Made by a program: the position numbers and the translations under genes. A model generated the notes under the pieces. That model was not told the DNA's origin and did not search any database. It was given only the letters and a program-made list of their open reading frames with translations. From the NCBI RefSeq assembly GCF_006345805.1, contig NC_042999.1, positions 118,110,001 through 118,174,000 on the forward strand: a stretch of DNA of 64,000 nt, written 5' to 3'. How positions within the stretch are numbered: the stretch's first letter is position 1; each line of letters opens with the position of its first letter. Shown piece after piece: positions 1 to 13,546 of the stretch. This stretch comes from Octopus sinensis. Lineage: Eukaryota.

Positions 1-912
1 TCGTTTACATTGCTTAAATTTAGTTCTGCGACGAAGTGAACGGTAGTATAAGAACCATATTTAAATAGTATAAATAGTTTGATCAGCTAAAACCACTCAA
101 GGCATAGCCCCAGCAGAGCTTAAATCCAAGCAATATGTTGTTGATTACCTATCCGTGACTGTAAGCTTTAAACACTAGATTATAAGTTGAGTGAAATTCT
201 ACTGGGTGTTATTTCTAGGCAGTTAAGCGACCAATTAAAGGATATTTTAACGGTTCATTACTTTCTTGTCTTCAAATAAGAATTAAGTGTGATATTTTCA
301 GTTGGAAATGTATAAATCAACAGGATCACGTTATAATATATTTTACGTGTATTTCGAACACAACTCATTATGGCAACACAGGAAATTGACAATGTCCCGT
401 GAAGTGTGTTTTAGTACAGTTATTGCAGATAATGCATTATATAATATATATAGTACACTTCATCTAATCCAATTTTCCTACGTATACTTTATATTGACAG
501 GTTCTCTTTCACAATTTGCCCAAAAAGTTCCAAATTATCACTGACAGAATTCTTATCACTAATAATTAGAAAATACTTCGTTAATCGATTTAACTAGTAT
601 ATATTAAAATTTAATGATAATTTTCTTCTTGCAAGCTTTATATTGAATGATAATTAATATAAGATCTGTCAGCAATAATTTATTAAGAATTATAAATGGT
701 TTGATGAAGAGTACATGAATGATTCAAGTGTCCCACTAAATTATGAACATAAAATCATCAAATAAACTTTCAAAATCCTCAATATCTGATTACCGTATTA
801 TATGGTAATAAATTATATATATATGTGTGTGTGCGTGTATGTATGTATTATGTTCGAACGATTGATAGCTGTATACTTCGACAGCTAGACCTCTTGTTCT
901 TCAAAAGTTGAA

Positions 913-1255
<343 letters not shown>

Positions 1256-1348
1256 TCAGCAAAATTTAGATTCAGAAGAATATGGTACTTAAGTTAAAGG
1301 CACCAGAATTTGATATGGCATTATCCATATAAATCAAATGGGGTTATT

Positions 1349-1521
1349 ATAATCAAAATAAGCAACAAGGATATCCAAGGTAGTGTAGTACAATCGTTTC
1401 ATGCTACTTCACTTAATTAAACAATGTAAGTATTACATCAGTTTTAAAATGTAGAGCACTCTTCAGCCACATATAGAATTTTTGTACTACTCTACCTTGG
1501 ATATCCTTGTTGCTTATTTTG

Positions 1522-1526
<5 letters not shown>
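1349..1526. mobile_element. Short fold-back element with 45-bp inverted arms enclosing a hammerhead motif (PLE/retrozyme-like, non-autonomous)
   Basis: Arms 1349-1393 and 1482-1526 are reverse complements with 1 mismatch; the right end abuts (TA)n. Confidence 0.7.
1384..1471 (-). ncRNA. Minimal type-I hammerhead ribozyme motif with long stem II loop
   Basis: Minus strand reads UGUGG CUGAAGA GUGCU-(49 nt)-AGCAU GAA ACGAUUGU A CUACA: 5-bp stem I, core CUGANGA/GAAA, stem III self-complementary with G.U pairs, GUA cleavage triplet. Confidence 0.6.
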
Positions 1527-1565
<39 letters not shown>

Positions 1566-1667
1566 GGAGTAAACACATAAATGTGAAACAAGGTGGAAAA
1601 AAGAGTACTCAAATACCAGTGGTAGAGTAATATGCTTTATTTTAAGCAGCAGAAAATTCAACAAAAT

Positions 1668-1705
1668 CTGTTACTCTGAGTTTCTCGTTGCCGTTCATCA
1701 GACAG
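1668..1705 (-). ncRNA. Minimal hammerhead ribozyme motif (mirror copy in left arm)
   Basis: Exact reverse complement of 1834-1871. Confidence 0.6.
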
Positions 1706-1833
1706 TTTTTGCTAGAATGGAACCGATATATCAATTCAATCTATACTCTTACAAACGCTACACAGGTGTACAAAGGTGTAGCGTTTGTAAGAGTATAGAT
1801 TGAATTGATATATCGGTTCCATTCTAGCAAAAA

Positions 1834-1871
1834 CTGTCTGATGAACGGCAACGAGAAACTCAGAGTAACAG
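1834..1871 (+). ncRNA. Minimal type-I hammerhead ribozyme motif
   Basis: CUGU CUGAUGA A CG-GCAA-CG A GAA ACUC-A-GAGU A ACAG: stem I CUGU/ACAG, GNRA-capped stem II, near-palindromic stem III, GUA triplet. Confidence 0.62.
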
Positions 1872-1903
1872 ATTTTGTTGAATTTTCTGCTGCTTAAAAT
1901 AAA

Positions 1904-1935
<32 letters not shown>

Positions 1936-1938
<3 letters not shown>

Positions 1939-1988
1939 CCCGGAACCATGTGGTTCGTGAGCAAGCTACTTATCACACAGCCACTCCT
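1936..1988 (-). mobile_element. SINE family A head fragment
   Basis: gaacccggaaccatgtgg...cacacagccactcct matches the head of the 56411-56806 copy. Confidence 0.75.
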
Positions 1989-3261
1989 ATAATTTTTTTT
2001 CTGTTTTGGTTTTTCTGCTAAGTTACTTTCAAGAAGCTTCGATCAACAGTTCGTTGATTTGGCACTTGCCTTTATCTGATTGTCGAATAATAACTTGATA
2101 CGTATAACCGAGAAGGACGAACAAGAATATTTTTAGAATAAAAGCCTGTCTCGACATACTCTTCATACATAGATTACATATCTGCAAAAGACCACAAGGT
2201 TTCTGAGAAAGATTGTTTTGAATGTACTCTACACCAGTAAATACCGGATTATTATCATCGAAACTGGAGGGACGACAAGCAGTGAATACACTAACAATTA
2301 TAATTAAAAGCTATGAATATCAAATATTACTCGTGACAGAAAATTTATTATTGCCGAAAAATAATGCGAAAAACTGTTATTGTTTCTGATATCCTTCCTG
2401 GGAAATCAGTTTAAGCGTAGTCATGACTATATTAAAAAACACCAGACTTCCTTTTTGCTCCCTTGAATCAGACCTTAACGAAAACAAACTATATCCCATG
2501 CAAAAGAATTGCTTAATGTTTGTAGTGCATCACCCGTTCTATACAATAAGATATTAAATGTCAGGGGGAAAAAAGTCTTTCCATAGACACACTACAGCAA
2601 CAACAGCTATTACTCGATATATGGTTTTTCTTTTGATGGTTTTCTAAATTTTCTTCCTGATAAAAAGTTACAAAGACCAACAAAATCCTAAGCTCCGAGC
2701 ACATAAGGGTATATAGCTCTGGTCTTTTAGACGGAAGCTACTCGCTATTTATTTATAATTTTATAAGGATAAACTTTCAGCGGCCATCTTTAATTTCTCG
2801 CTTCATCAGAATGGAACTTTTATTTGTTTTGCACTTTATATTTCTGTTAATAGTGAATCCCATTTGAGACTTACTGCAGCTAATCAAATGTCATAGTTTC
2901 AAGAAGCAGGACAACGACATTGTCTGCTTGGTTACTTTCTACAATACTCTAACTTCAGATACAGACGCATCTCGTAGCTGACATAATTCTTAGAATCGAT
3001 GTCTTTTAGTATTGATTTCCATGCGTTCTTGTCGTTTAATTTTACTTCAGAGTCATCCTGTCTAGGTTGAATGAACTTTTGTTTTCAGAGTGTTTATGTT
3101 TAATTGATGAGTCTCATCCTATTTGTGGTTTGGTAAAGTGTATCATCAGGACAGGCATTTTAACCGGATTTTTCTAAATTAACATTTTTGACAATCGGAA
3201 TCCAAATTACTACACAACTCCACACACAAGCTTCACCATCATTTATAATAACAACAGTTTC

Positions 3262-3445
3262 TCATTTTGGCACAAGGCCAGCAAGTTCGGGGAAGAGGAA
3301 AGTCGATTACATCGACCCCAATGCTCAATTGGTATTCATTTTATCGACCCGAAATGATGAAAATCAAGGCTGACCTCGGCGGAATTTGAACTCAAAGGGT
3401 AAAGCAGAAAAAAATGCAGCTAAGTATTTTGTTCGGAATGCTAAT
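3262..3445 (-). mobile_element. SINE family B copy
   Basis: Shared blocks tttggcacaaggccagc, atcgacccc, gaatttgaactc recur in more than 10 places in the window. Confidence 0.8.
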
Positions 3446-3459
3446 AATAACAATAATAA

Positions 3460-3688
3460 TCCTTTCTACCAGAGGCAGAAGGCCTGAAATGTGGTGGTGG
3501 GGGTGGGGGGGGAACTAATCAATTTCACCGACCGCAGTGTTTCACTGGTACTTAATTTATCGACTTCTAAAGGATGAAAGTAAAGTCGACCTCGACGGAA
3601 AATTGAACTCAGAACGTAGCGGCAGACGAAATACTGCTAACCATTTCGCCCGCCGTTTTAACGATTCTGCCAGCTCACCGCCTTCTAA
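3460..3688 (-). mobile_element. SINE family B copy
   Basis: Same blocks, with head acgattctgccagctcacc. Confidence 0.8.
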
Positions 3689-4049
<361 letters not shown>

Positions 4050-7007
4050 ATGGACCACCGACCATACCTCCCAAGAATAAAAATAAACGAAATAACAACA
4101 CCAATTATAAACAGCATAAACCTAGCCGTAACTGAACTAGCCACTGAAACAAAAAAAAATGATATCACTGAACTAAATGATTTGATATACGCAGCAGCCA
4201 CTGCAGCCACAAAAGAAGCTGGATACTCACCCAAACCCGCCCAAACAGGAGTACCACCACCCAAACAAACCCTGTGGATAAATAACATCCAAAACAAAAT
4301 TAAAAAAATTAGAAAAGACCTGTCGATTCTTAATGAAATCAGCAAACAATCAACGCTACTGAGCAACAAAAAGAGAACAAAAATGCTCCGCAAATATAAC
4401 ATCACAGAAAAAGATTTGCCGGAGATAAAAGAAAAGCTGAAGCAAGATATCCTTGCCAAAGCTCAAAGGATCCGCCGGTACGAGAAACGCCAACGCTTCT
4501 TTGAACAGAACAAAATGTTCAACTCCAACCCCAAAAAGTTCTACCAAGAACTGGGAAAAAATAAAATAGAAGTCACTGCAGCACCAACGGCAGAAGAATT
4601 GGAAGAATTCTGGAGAGAAATATGGTCGGCGAACGAACAGCCAAAAAAAGGAGTATCAAAATAACAAACTCGGCATCTGAACAACTTTGGACTCCCATAA
4701 CAACTGAAGAGGTCACCCAGGCACTGCAAAAACTAAGCAACTGGAAGGCACCTGGGCATGACAAGATCCCCAACTTCTGGTTGAAATATCTAACAGGAAT
4801 GCACAAAAAGCTGGCTGAAAACTTTAACAGCATACTAGCAGAGCCAGAGACAATGCCTGAATGGCTCACGAAGGGGAAAACCATCTTAATTCCCAAATCA
4901 AATGAAACAACAAAACCAGAAAACTACAGACCAATAACCTGCCTCCCTACTATGTTCAAGGCATTTACTGCAGTGATATCGCAAAGGCTGAACAAGCACC
5001 TGGACGAAAACAAACTGTTCCCAGAAGAGCAGAAAGGATGCCGCAAAGGCTCATATGGCTGTAAAGATCAACTAATGATTAATAAAGCCGTAACTGAAGA
5101 CAGCCACAGAAAGAAGAAAGGCCTCAGTATGGCCTGGATTGACTACAAAAAGGCGTTTGATAGCATCCCCCACACATGGATCCTCGAAACACTAGCCATT
5201 AACAAAGTAGCACCAACAATCATAAAATTCATAGAGCCCTCTATGAATAAATGGCAAACAGTCCTACACCTCCAAACAAAAGAGGGACTCATGAAAACCA
5301 AAGACATCCCCATTAGAAGAGGAATATTCCAGGGAGACACGCTCTCTCCACTCCTTTTCTGCTTGGCACTGTCACCTCTATCTGATATGCTAAATAGAAC
5401 TGGATGCGGATATAAATGTTACGGCAAAACGATCAGCCACCTTTTATATATGGATGACCTAAAACTATACGCTGCAAATGACAAACAGCTGGAAACACTA
5501 TTAAAGACAGTTCATGGATTCACCAAAGAAATAGATATGAAATTTGGATTAGAAAAATGCGCCAAAGTAACCATGAAAAGGGGAAAACTAGTTAAGAGTA
5601 ACAACATCACACTAGATAAAACCAATGAAATAATAGAATTATACCAAAGCCAAACTTACAAATACTTAGGAATCCATGAACTAGATAAGACACAACACAC
5701 ACAAATGAAAGAGAAAATAAAAAAAGAATATTATAGACGAGTTAGATCAATACTAAAAACAGAGCTCAATGCTAAAAACAAGATAATAGGTATCAACACT
5801 TTAGCTGTCCCAGTTATAAGTTACAGCTACAATATCCTTAACTGGACACGAAATGAACTGTCCAAAATAGATAGGAAAACAAGAAAAATACTGACAGGAT
5901 CTAGGATGCATCACCCAAAATCTGACATAGAAAGACTATATATACAACGTATAGAAGGTGGTAGAGGCCTTATACAGCTGGAAAACTACTATAAAATAAC
6001 CACCATAGGACTGCAAAAATACCTACTTCAGACGGAAGGAAAACTGATCCAGATAGCAGCAAAACACGATCAAAACAAAAAACTGTTCTCAGTATTTAAG
6101 GAAGCTGACAAATACAAACAAGAAATCATACCACCTAATAAACACGAAGAAGAAGAAGAAGATGATGAAGAAACAACAAAAGCTATAAAACAAATGAAAT
6201 CCAAACTAAAAATAGAACAGCAACGAACCATGATAAAACGATGGCAAGAAAAGCCCCTTCATGGTAAATACTGGACTAAACTAAACGCAAAAGAAATAGA
6301 CAAAGAAAAATCCCAGCAATGGTTGAGAAGCTCAGGACTCAAAGCAGAAACAGAGGGATTTTTAATTGCAGCACAAGACCAAAGCCTCCCCACCAGAAAT
6401 TACCAAAAACATGTAATGAAAAGAAATATTACAAGTAACTGCAGACTGTGGAGATGGACAAGAAACAATAAATCATATTATCTCTGGCTGCCCAGTCCTG
6501 GCTAAGAAGGAATATATTCACAGACATGACAGAGTTGGAACCTACATACATTGGAAGCTATGCCAACATTATGGAATAACAACAGAAAAAAGATGGTATA
6601 GGCACACACCAGAAAAGGTCACAGAAAACGAGAAAGCAACCATACTCTGGGATATGCCGATACACACAGATAGAGAAATTAAGGCCAACAGACCAGATAT
6701 AGTTGTCAGAGATCATGAAGAAAAAAAATGCTTTCTAATTGATGTATCAATACCGGCAGATGACAACGTGTCTCTAAAAGAAATGGAGAAACTCTCAAAA
6801 TACAAAGACCTGGAAATAGAGGTAACTAGAATGTGGAATCTGAAAACAGAAACAATTCCTATCATAGTAGGTGCATTAGGCATGGTAAAAAAATATTCAG
6901 ACAAATACATAACAAAAATACCAGGACTTACAAACACATATAACATACAGAAAATTGCACTACTAGGCACTGCACACATCCTACGCAGAACACTTTCCAT
7001 ACAATAA
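4050..7007 (+). pseudogene. Frameshifted RT-RLE polyprotein ORF of Dong copy 1
   Basis: 627-aa uninterrupted RT segment; frameshifts near 4640 and 6450. Confidence 0.88.
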
Positions 7008-7124
7008 CCATCAGAGCATCACAACAAATCACAGCACATACCCAAGGCACACAGAGCTGCGCTCGGTAGTGAAGTGAAAGCACGCTATAAAAATAAAACT
7101 ACTGAATAATAATAATAATAATAA

Positions 7125-7340
7125 TCCTTTCTACTATAGGCAGAAAGCCTAAAATTTTGGTGGAGGAGACTAATCGATTATATCGACCCCAGTTCTTGAG
7201 AGGAACTTACTTTATCGACCTTGAAAGTATGAAGAGCAAAGTTGACTTCAGCAGAATTTGAACTCAGAACGTACTGACGGAAAAAATACCGGTAGGAATT
7301 TTTTTCCGGAATGCTAACGATTTTTCCAGCACGCCGCTAT
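7125..7340 (-). mobile_element. SINE family B copy whose (TAA)n tail hosts Dong copy 1
   Basis: Family B blocks; tail continuous with 7105-7124. Confidence 0.8.
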
Positions 7341-7347
7341 AATAACG

Positions 7348-7382
<35 letters not shown>

Positions 7383-7383
7383 C

Positions 7384-7419
<36 letters not shown>

Positions 7420-7421
7420 TA

Positions 7422-8386
7422 TCTCTTTGGGTATGGCAAATACCCAAAGAGAGCGAATAATGCAGATATCGACAAAGCCCTGACCCATCAATGGCTAATG
7501 GCCTCTGGCTTCAAATCTGAAACAGAGGGGTTTATCATAGCAGCTCAAGATCAATGCCTACCAACAAAAAACTACCAGGCCAACATATTAAAGATCAGAA
7601 GCAGTCCAACGTGTCGTGTATGCAAGCAACAAAATGAAACCATTGACCATGTGGTCTCCAAGTGCAGTCTTCTAGCCTACAGAGTATCTCAACAGGCACG
7701 ATAGAGCTGCACAATATATTCACTGGGTAATCTGTAAAAACCTGGATTTGCCCCATGAAAAAAACTGGTGGGAACACAAACCACCCCCAGTGCTTGAAAA
7801 TGACCACATCTTACTCCTCTGGAACTTCACCATTCAAACTGACAGAAAGATAGATGCAAGTAGACCAGACATCATATTGAAAGACTTCAAACAAAGTCCA
7901 TGCCTCCTCATTGATATGACTGTCCCAATCGATATAAACGTATCTGTCAAGACCTACCAAAACTGAGCAAATATAAAGATCTTGAAATAGAAATCAGCAA
8001 AATGTGGAAGCTGAAGAATAAAACAATACCTGTTGTTATAGGTGCCCTGGGAATGATAGCAAAAGGGGCTGATAGCTACCTAACTCAGATACCAGGAACC
8101 CAAAAATGGCAGAAGTTCAAAAGATAGTGCTCATGGGAACTGCTCATATCCTACGCAAAATACTCTCTATGTAATCTCAAGGTTTAAAACAAACATAATT
8201 TTCGGTTTTAAAAAAAAAAAAAAAAAACCTTTTTTTTAGACATTCATTAGTACAACATCCCCACCCCCCAAATATATGGCACACTAGGCATAACAACAAC
8301 ATGAACTTCCAACCCTGTTGTCTCTTGAGGTCTCTGGGTGAGACTTGGAGCCAACTTGTACAAATATAAAGCAAAAGTCAAACATA

Positions 8387-8387
<1 letters not shown>
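7422..8387 (+). mobile_element. R4/Dong-clade LINE, 3' fragment (copy 2)
   Basis: GFKSETEGFIIAAQDQCL, CRVCKQQNETIDHVVSKC, RPDIILKD, LLIDMTVP; (TAA)n on both flanks. Confidence 0.9.
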
Positions 8388-8417
<30 letters not shown>

Positions 8418-11400
8418 CAATTCTTTTTTATTGGCCACAAGGGCTGACACGCATGATTACATAAAGGGACAAGACAGGACGAAAGGTTACAAAGGGTTTT
8501 GCCGTTTTTTTTAAAACATCGAGTAAAAATCTTTATAACAACTTATAAAATTCAACAATGAAAAACTCCCAAAAGGGGGAGACGTCTCGAAAGGTTCCTG
8601 GTGGAAAAAACCCTACAAAAGCCAACGGGAGCCTGGTCAAAAAAAGGGGGGTGTAGAGAGTCCCCTTTCTTCTCCTTTTACATTACCTTTTTCTTTGAAA
8701 TCACAGGCGAAACCTGAGAACTGGTCCATTTATACAGGCCAGTCTCGCACAATTCACCCACCTTTCATAAAACTTGCTATCGGACAGCACTTTCCTCTCT
8801 AACCTCATCTTCCTTTTCAAGTGAAACTTGAAAAAGTTGATGAGGCCTTGACCAAAGAGGAAAGTGTCTGTCTTTAGCCCTTTCAAACGAGTCCACCACA
8901 CGACCTCTTTCGCCACAGCCACTAGGCACAAGAAAACGGCCTCGCCCTCCTTGTTAAAGGAGGTCGGCGGGGCAATCTTCACTATGGATTCGGCCGATAG
9001 TCGGATCCGTCCTACACGTGACAGTAGCTGTTCGACATAAACCCATATTTCAGCAATACTCGGGCACTGGACGAGTGCGTGCAGGACTGTTTCGTCGTCC
9101 TGGCAACACCTCGGGCAGGCCCGGCTGACGGCACTTCCGTGCCGGTAGAGTTTATCTCGAACAGGCAGAGCCCCTCGGTAGCACTGCCAGGCGAGAGACC
9201 TCTGGAAATTATCCATCGGCCCCGGCCCGAAAGTCCTCCCGAACAGACCGCATAGTTCGTCATCTTCAACGCCTAGAGTTTCCCCGAGAACGTCGTCGCA
9301 TTTTTCCTCCACTAACCCTCTATAGAACGCTAGAGTGGAGCTGTAACCGACCGCATTGCCCGCCTGGTGGAGGGCGGAGAGGGCTTGACGGCACTCGAGG
9401 TGCCAAGCGCCCTTTCTCGGTCTACGTTTGATCCAGGTCTGCAGCTCCGTCAAAGAGACGAGCTGCGAAAAATCGCGTCTGACAAAAGACGACCACACCT
9501 GTTCACCGTCTAGGAAGCGCTTGAGATGCCGCAGCCTGAGCGCATGTCTGCGCAACAGCAACCACGGCATTCCAAGGCCTCCGTTCAGCGGTCGTTGACT
9601 GCAGATGGATCGCCTGACCAGTGGCACCTGACCCTTCCACAAAAAGTCGAAGAGCAGGCGTACCAGCTTGGCCAACCAGCGGTCGGGACAAGGGACGACG
9701 GTCAAGCGGTAATAGATGACGGATGCGATGTACGCATTCGCCACCCCGCTCGACCTTTCAGGGACAGCTTCCTCTCGGCCCATTTCTGGGTGAGACGTGC
9801 CACCCTGCTCGTCACCTCTTCCCAGTTCTTATCCACCTGGAGGTCCGGACCGAACCAGACCCCGAGCAGTTTAACGGGTCCGTCTGTCCAGCGCCCTACG
9901 ACGCTGTTGGACGGCATGGGCTTGCCTCTCCAGGTGCCCAGTTGCAAGCCCACAGACTTTTCCGCGTTAATCTTTGCCCCTGTCACCGCTTCGTACTGGT
10001 TTAGCGTCTCGCCAATCAGGCCAATGTGCCTGTGGCTCGACACCACCACGGTGACGTCGTCGGCATAAGCAGACACGCTGTTTCCGCCTCCTAGATCGCG
10101 CGAGATGCCCCTCAAAGCCTCCAACTTGCGCAGTAATGGCTCGAGAGTCAAAATGTACAAGAGGGAGGAGAGAGGGCATCCTTGGCGGACCGAACGCGAG
10201 ATGTCGAACGGTTCCGAAAGGTGACCGTTCACCCGTATCACCGAGCAGATGTTGCTGTATAAAGCAGCGATCCACCCGCGGAAGACTGGACCGAAGCCGG
10301 CTGCCTTGAGGACAGCTGCCAGGTACCGATGGTCGACCCTATCGAAGGCTTTACTCTGATCCAAGTTGATCAAAGCCCCACCCGCGCCAGCGTCGTTACC
10401 CACCCTCTCTATGATGTAGCGCATGAGATGGAGGTTGTCGTGTATCGACCTGGTCGGCACGGCGCATGTCTGCGTCCCGCCGACCAGCTTGTCCACGACA
10501 AGCGCCAATCTCTTGGCTAGCACCTTGGCCAAAATCTTCAACTCTGCATTGAGCAGAGTGATGGGCCGGAAATTCCCTATAACGTCCCCCTTGTTGGGTC
10601 CTTCTTTAGCAAAGCCACCACCCCTCGACAGACAAAAGCAGGAATTCTCCCGTTTTGCTGCCAGTTGCAGTAGACGTTTGCCAACAGGTCCGCAAACAAG
10701 TCTGGCATTGAAAAGTAAAGCTCGTAGGGCAGACCATCCAAACCCGGCGATCTACCTCTCGTGCAACTCTTCATCGCTTCCTGTACTTCCCAGGCAGATA
10801 TCGGTCCTTCGCAGCACTCTGCCTCGCTGTCCGAGAGTTGCGGCAGTCCGTCCAGGTACACACCGAAGTCTGTACCGTTGGTGTCCGTTCCACCGCTCGT
10901 CCCAAACAGTTGAGCAAAGTGCCGCTGAAGCACCGTACACATCTGCTTCGGTTGGGTAACCTCGCGCCCGTTCTGGTCCACCAAAGACCGAATGGTTGCT
11001 CTGTTGCCTCGCTTCGCCTCCGCCACGCGGGCCCATCGAGCGGCTCTAGTCCCCTCCCCGCTTAGCAAACGTGCCTTAGCTCTGACAACGCAGCCTTCGT
11101 GTTTGGCGTCGAAGTGTTGGTCGAGGGCCAACCTTGCCGCCAACACGTCGGTCGCGATGCCAGTGTCAAGAGCCTCGTCTAGTTCTTAACTAACTAAATC
11201 CCGCTCTCTCTTCCTACGTTCAATAGCTAGAGTCTTACTATACCTAATCGACTCTACTCTAATTGCTCTCTTGAGGGCAAACCACCAGTTGTTGTTGATG
11301 ATTGCCCCCGTGAGCGCCCGCTTAACTAGTAAACTAATCCGGTCTCTGTAAGCTTTGCACGCCGTTAACGACGCGTTCAGCTTCCAGTAGCCGGGTCCCT

Positions 11401-11467
11401 GTCTATGTAGCCTATCTAAGTCGACCGTACAGATCACTAATTTGTGGTCCGTATATTCGACTAGGTG

Positions 11468-11468
<1 letters not shown>
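8418..11468 (-). mobile_element. Tx1/L1-clade LINE, 5'-truncated ORF2 (end of APE, RT, C-terminal zinc finger), frameshifted
   Basis: DHKLV...GYWKLNASL, LDQSKAFDRVDH, VRQGCPLS, AYADDV, CPRC...ETVLHALVQC; AATAAA (minus strand) at 8427-8432; (AAT)n on both flanks. Confidence 0.92.
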
Positions 11469-11497
<29 letters not shown>

Positions 11498-11498
<1 letters not shown>

Positions 11499-12105
11499 TT
11501 CAAATTTTGGCTTAAGGTCAGCAATTTATGGGGAGGGCTTAGTCAATTACACGGACGCCACTACAGCTGAGATCAAAATTGCCGTTCATTCTTTCAGGGT
11601 CGATATAATAAAGTACCAGTCAAGTAATCATCTAATCCCTTTCCCATACATTTCAGGCCTTGAGCCAAAATCAGAAATATTATTTTCTACACTAGGCACA
11701 AGGATCGAAATTTTGGGGAAGGAGACCTGTCGATTATATCGACCCCAGTACGCAACTTGTACTTAATTTATCGACCCCGAAAGAATGGAAGGCAAAGTCG
11801 ACCTCGGCAAAATTAGAAATGTTATTGCTATTAATAGTTATCTCAAATCTTGGTAGAAGGTCAGAAATTTTAGTACTAGGAAGTTAGCCAATTACATTGA
11901 GTCCAGCATTTGAGTGTTACTTTACTTTAGCGTCCCCAAAGGATGAAAGGCAAAGTTAATTTTTGTGGTATCTGAACACAGGGAAAATCCCCTAAGCATT
12001 TTGTCCGACGCTCTAACAATTCTACTAAGTCGCTACCTTTGCTTCAGATTTTGCCACAAGGCCAACAATTTTAAAGGGATGGGATTAGTCGATTACATTC
12101 CTTAC

Positions 12106-12157
<52 letters not shown>

Positions 12158-12260
12158 ACACACACACACACACACTTTTTCTACGCCAGAAAGTTGAAAC
12201 GAAAAAGGCAGGCTGCAACGGAAATTTGAACTCAAGGTATTTTACCTGACACTCTAGCGA
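11498..12260 (-). mobile_element. Cluster of about four partial SINE family B copies, with (CA)n at 12110-12175
   Basis: Repeated family B blocks at about 11498, 11690, 11845 and 12045. Confidence 0.72.
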
Positions 12261-13546
12261 TCAGCTTTCTCTGTTAGTTTTTTTTTCTCCAAACTTAATA
12301 AGTAAAATCACTTTTTTAATCAGAAAGAATTGTGAGTGAAGCGGAAAAATGAAAGTTTTTTTTCTTTTAAAAAAGTTCATAATTATAATTACCTGAACTC
12401 TATAAACCTAAACTAATTTCACGCTACAGGCGTTCAATATCAAAATGTTTGTGATTAATCATAAAATATGAATCTTGTGACCCATTAGGATTTTAGTAGG
12501 CTATTTTAAGTTTAGTCTATGTAGAGCATATCTATATGCCATGAGCTCGACAGACTCTACATTTACTCGAGCTGTTTTTACAGGAAAACTAGAAATCAGG
12601 ACTAAACTGGTTAAGCATTCATTGATTTTATAACATTTTTATGACAACTGCTGTTCAAATTAATAATAATGATGATCAGCAGAGTTTAGGAATAGCTATG
12701 CCTCGAACTCCCAAATTCCTCGGGCATTGAAAAGTGGAAGGGAAAATATAAAAAAGAAATTTTCAGAAAATTTGGTTTTTACAGTTCTGAAGTAAATCAT
12801 GCAAATGTGCAAAGGAATATATCGCCTTCAACCGATTCATTGTAATGTTGCGCATGTGCTATGTCCAAGTGCAAGTGACACCCAAGTTTGAGGTTAAAAT
12901 AGTCAACTTATTGATACAAATTTCATAGATGTATTTCATGAATATGAATGGATTGGTAATAATTTCAGAGGTACTGTTAGAATCGATACTGATAAGAATA
13001 GTGAAATTGTTTAAATACATAAAAGTTGTGTTTTGTAAAAAATATGAGATTGGTAGGAGGTTTCAAATCGGTGGATATTTAATTGAGTGTAACGTGTGCA
13101 CAAACATTGTTTTTCCGTAATCTTTGATTGAACCACTGTAAGCAAAGAACATTCTATCAGAAACTTCCATAATGTTACGTTAAGCATAGTCAGTGTCTGC
13201 TCCCAAGTAAATCAATATAAGGTGGATCTTGAAATTAAAAGCCCATTGAGTTCCTCGGAGAAAGAGTAAAGAAGTAACTTTGGAACAAGTCAACTACGTC
13301 TTCAATTTCACTGTGAATGCGGGTATATGGAGAGAAATATAAGAAAAATTTACAAGTTTTCTCGGCGTCCTTAGACATGGTAACTGAAGTATATCTGGTA
13401 ATGATGCTTCATCATCCGGTATCGACCACTTTCTGCTATGTAAATAGAATGGATCGTCGATTCGGTTTACATTGTGCTGCCTTCCACAGTATTAATTTTG
13501 ATACCTAATTTGTTAAAATAATACACACCATAAATTGTATTAAATT

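Larger units (their letters stand above)
1563..1904. mobile_element. Fold-back element with perfect 129-bp inverted arms and 12-nt loop, inserted in (TA)n
   Basis: 1635-1763 is the exact reverse complement of 1776-1904; loop aggtgtacaaag; (TA)n on both sides. Confidence 0.85.

Noticed and set aside
2770-2815. Minus-strand CUGAUGA-AGCG...CGCU-GAAA
   Set aside because: The core and stem II are present, but no stem I pairing can be formed and stem III is not self-complementary.
13390-13470. Minus-strand YIAESGR...KHH resembling a GIY-YIG motif
   Set aside because: The match is too short, is flanked by stops, and has no adjacent RT remnants.
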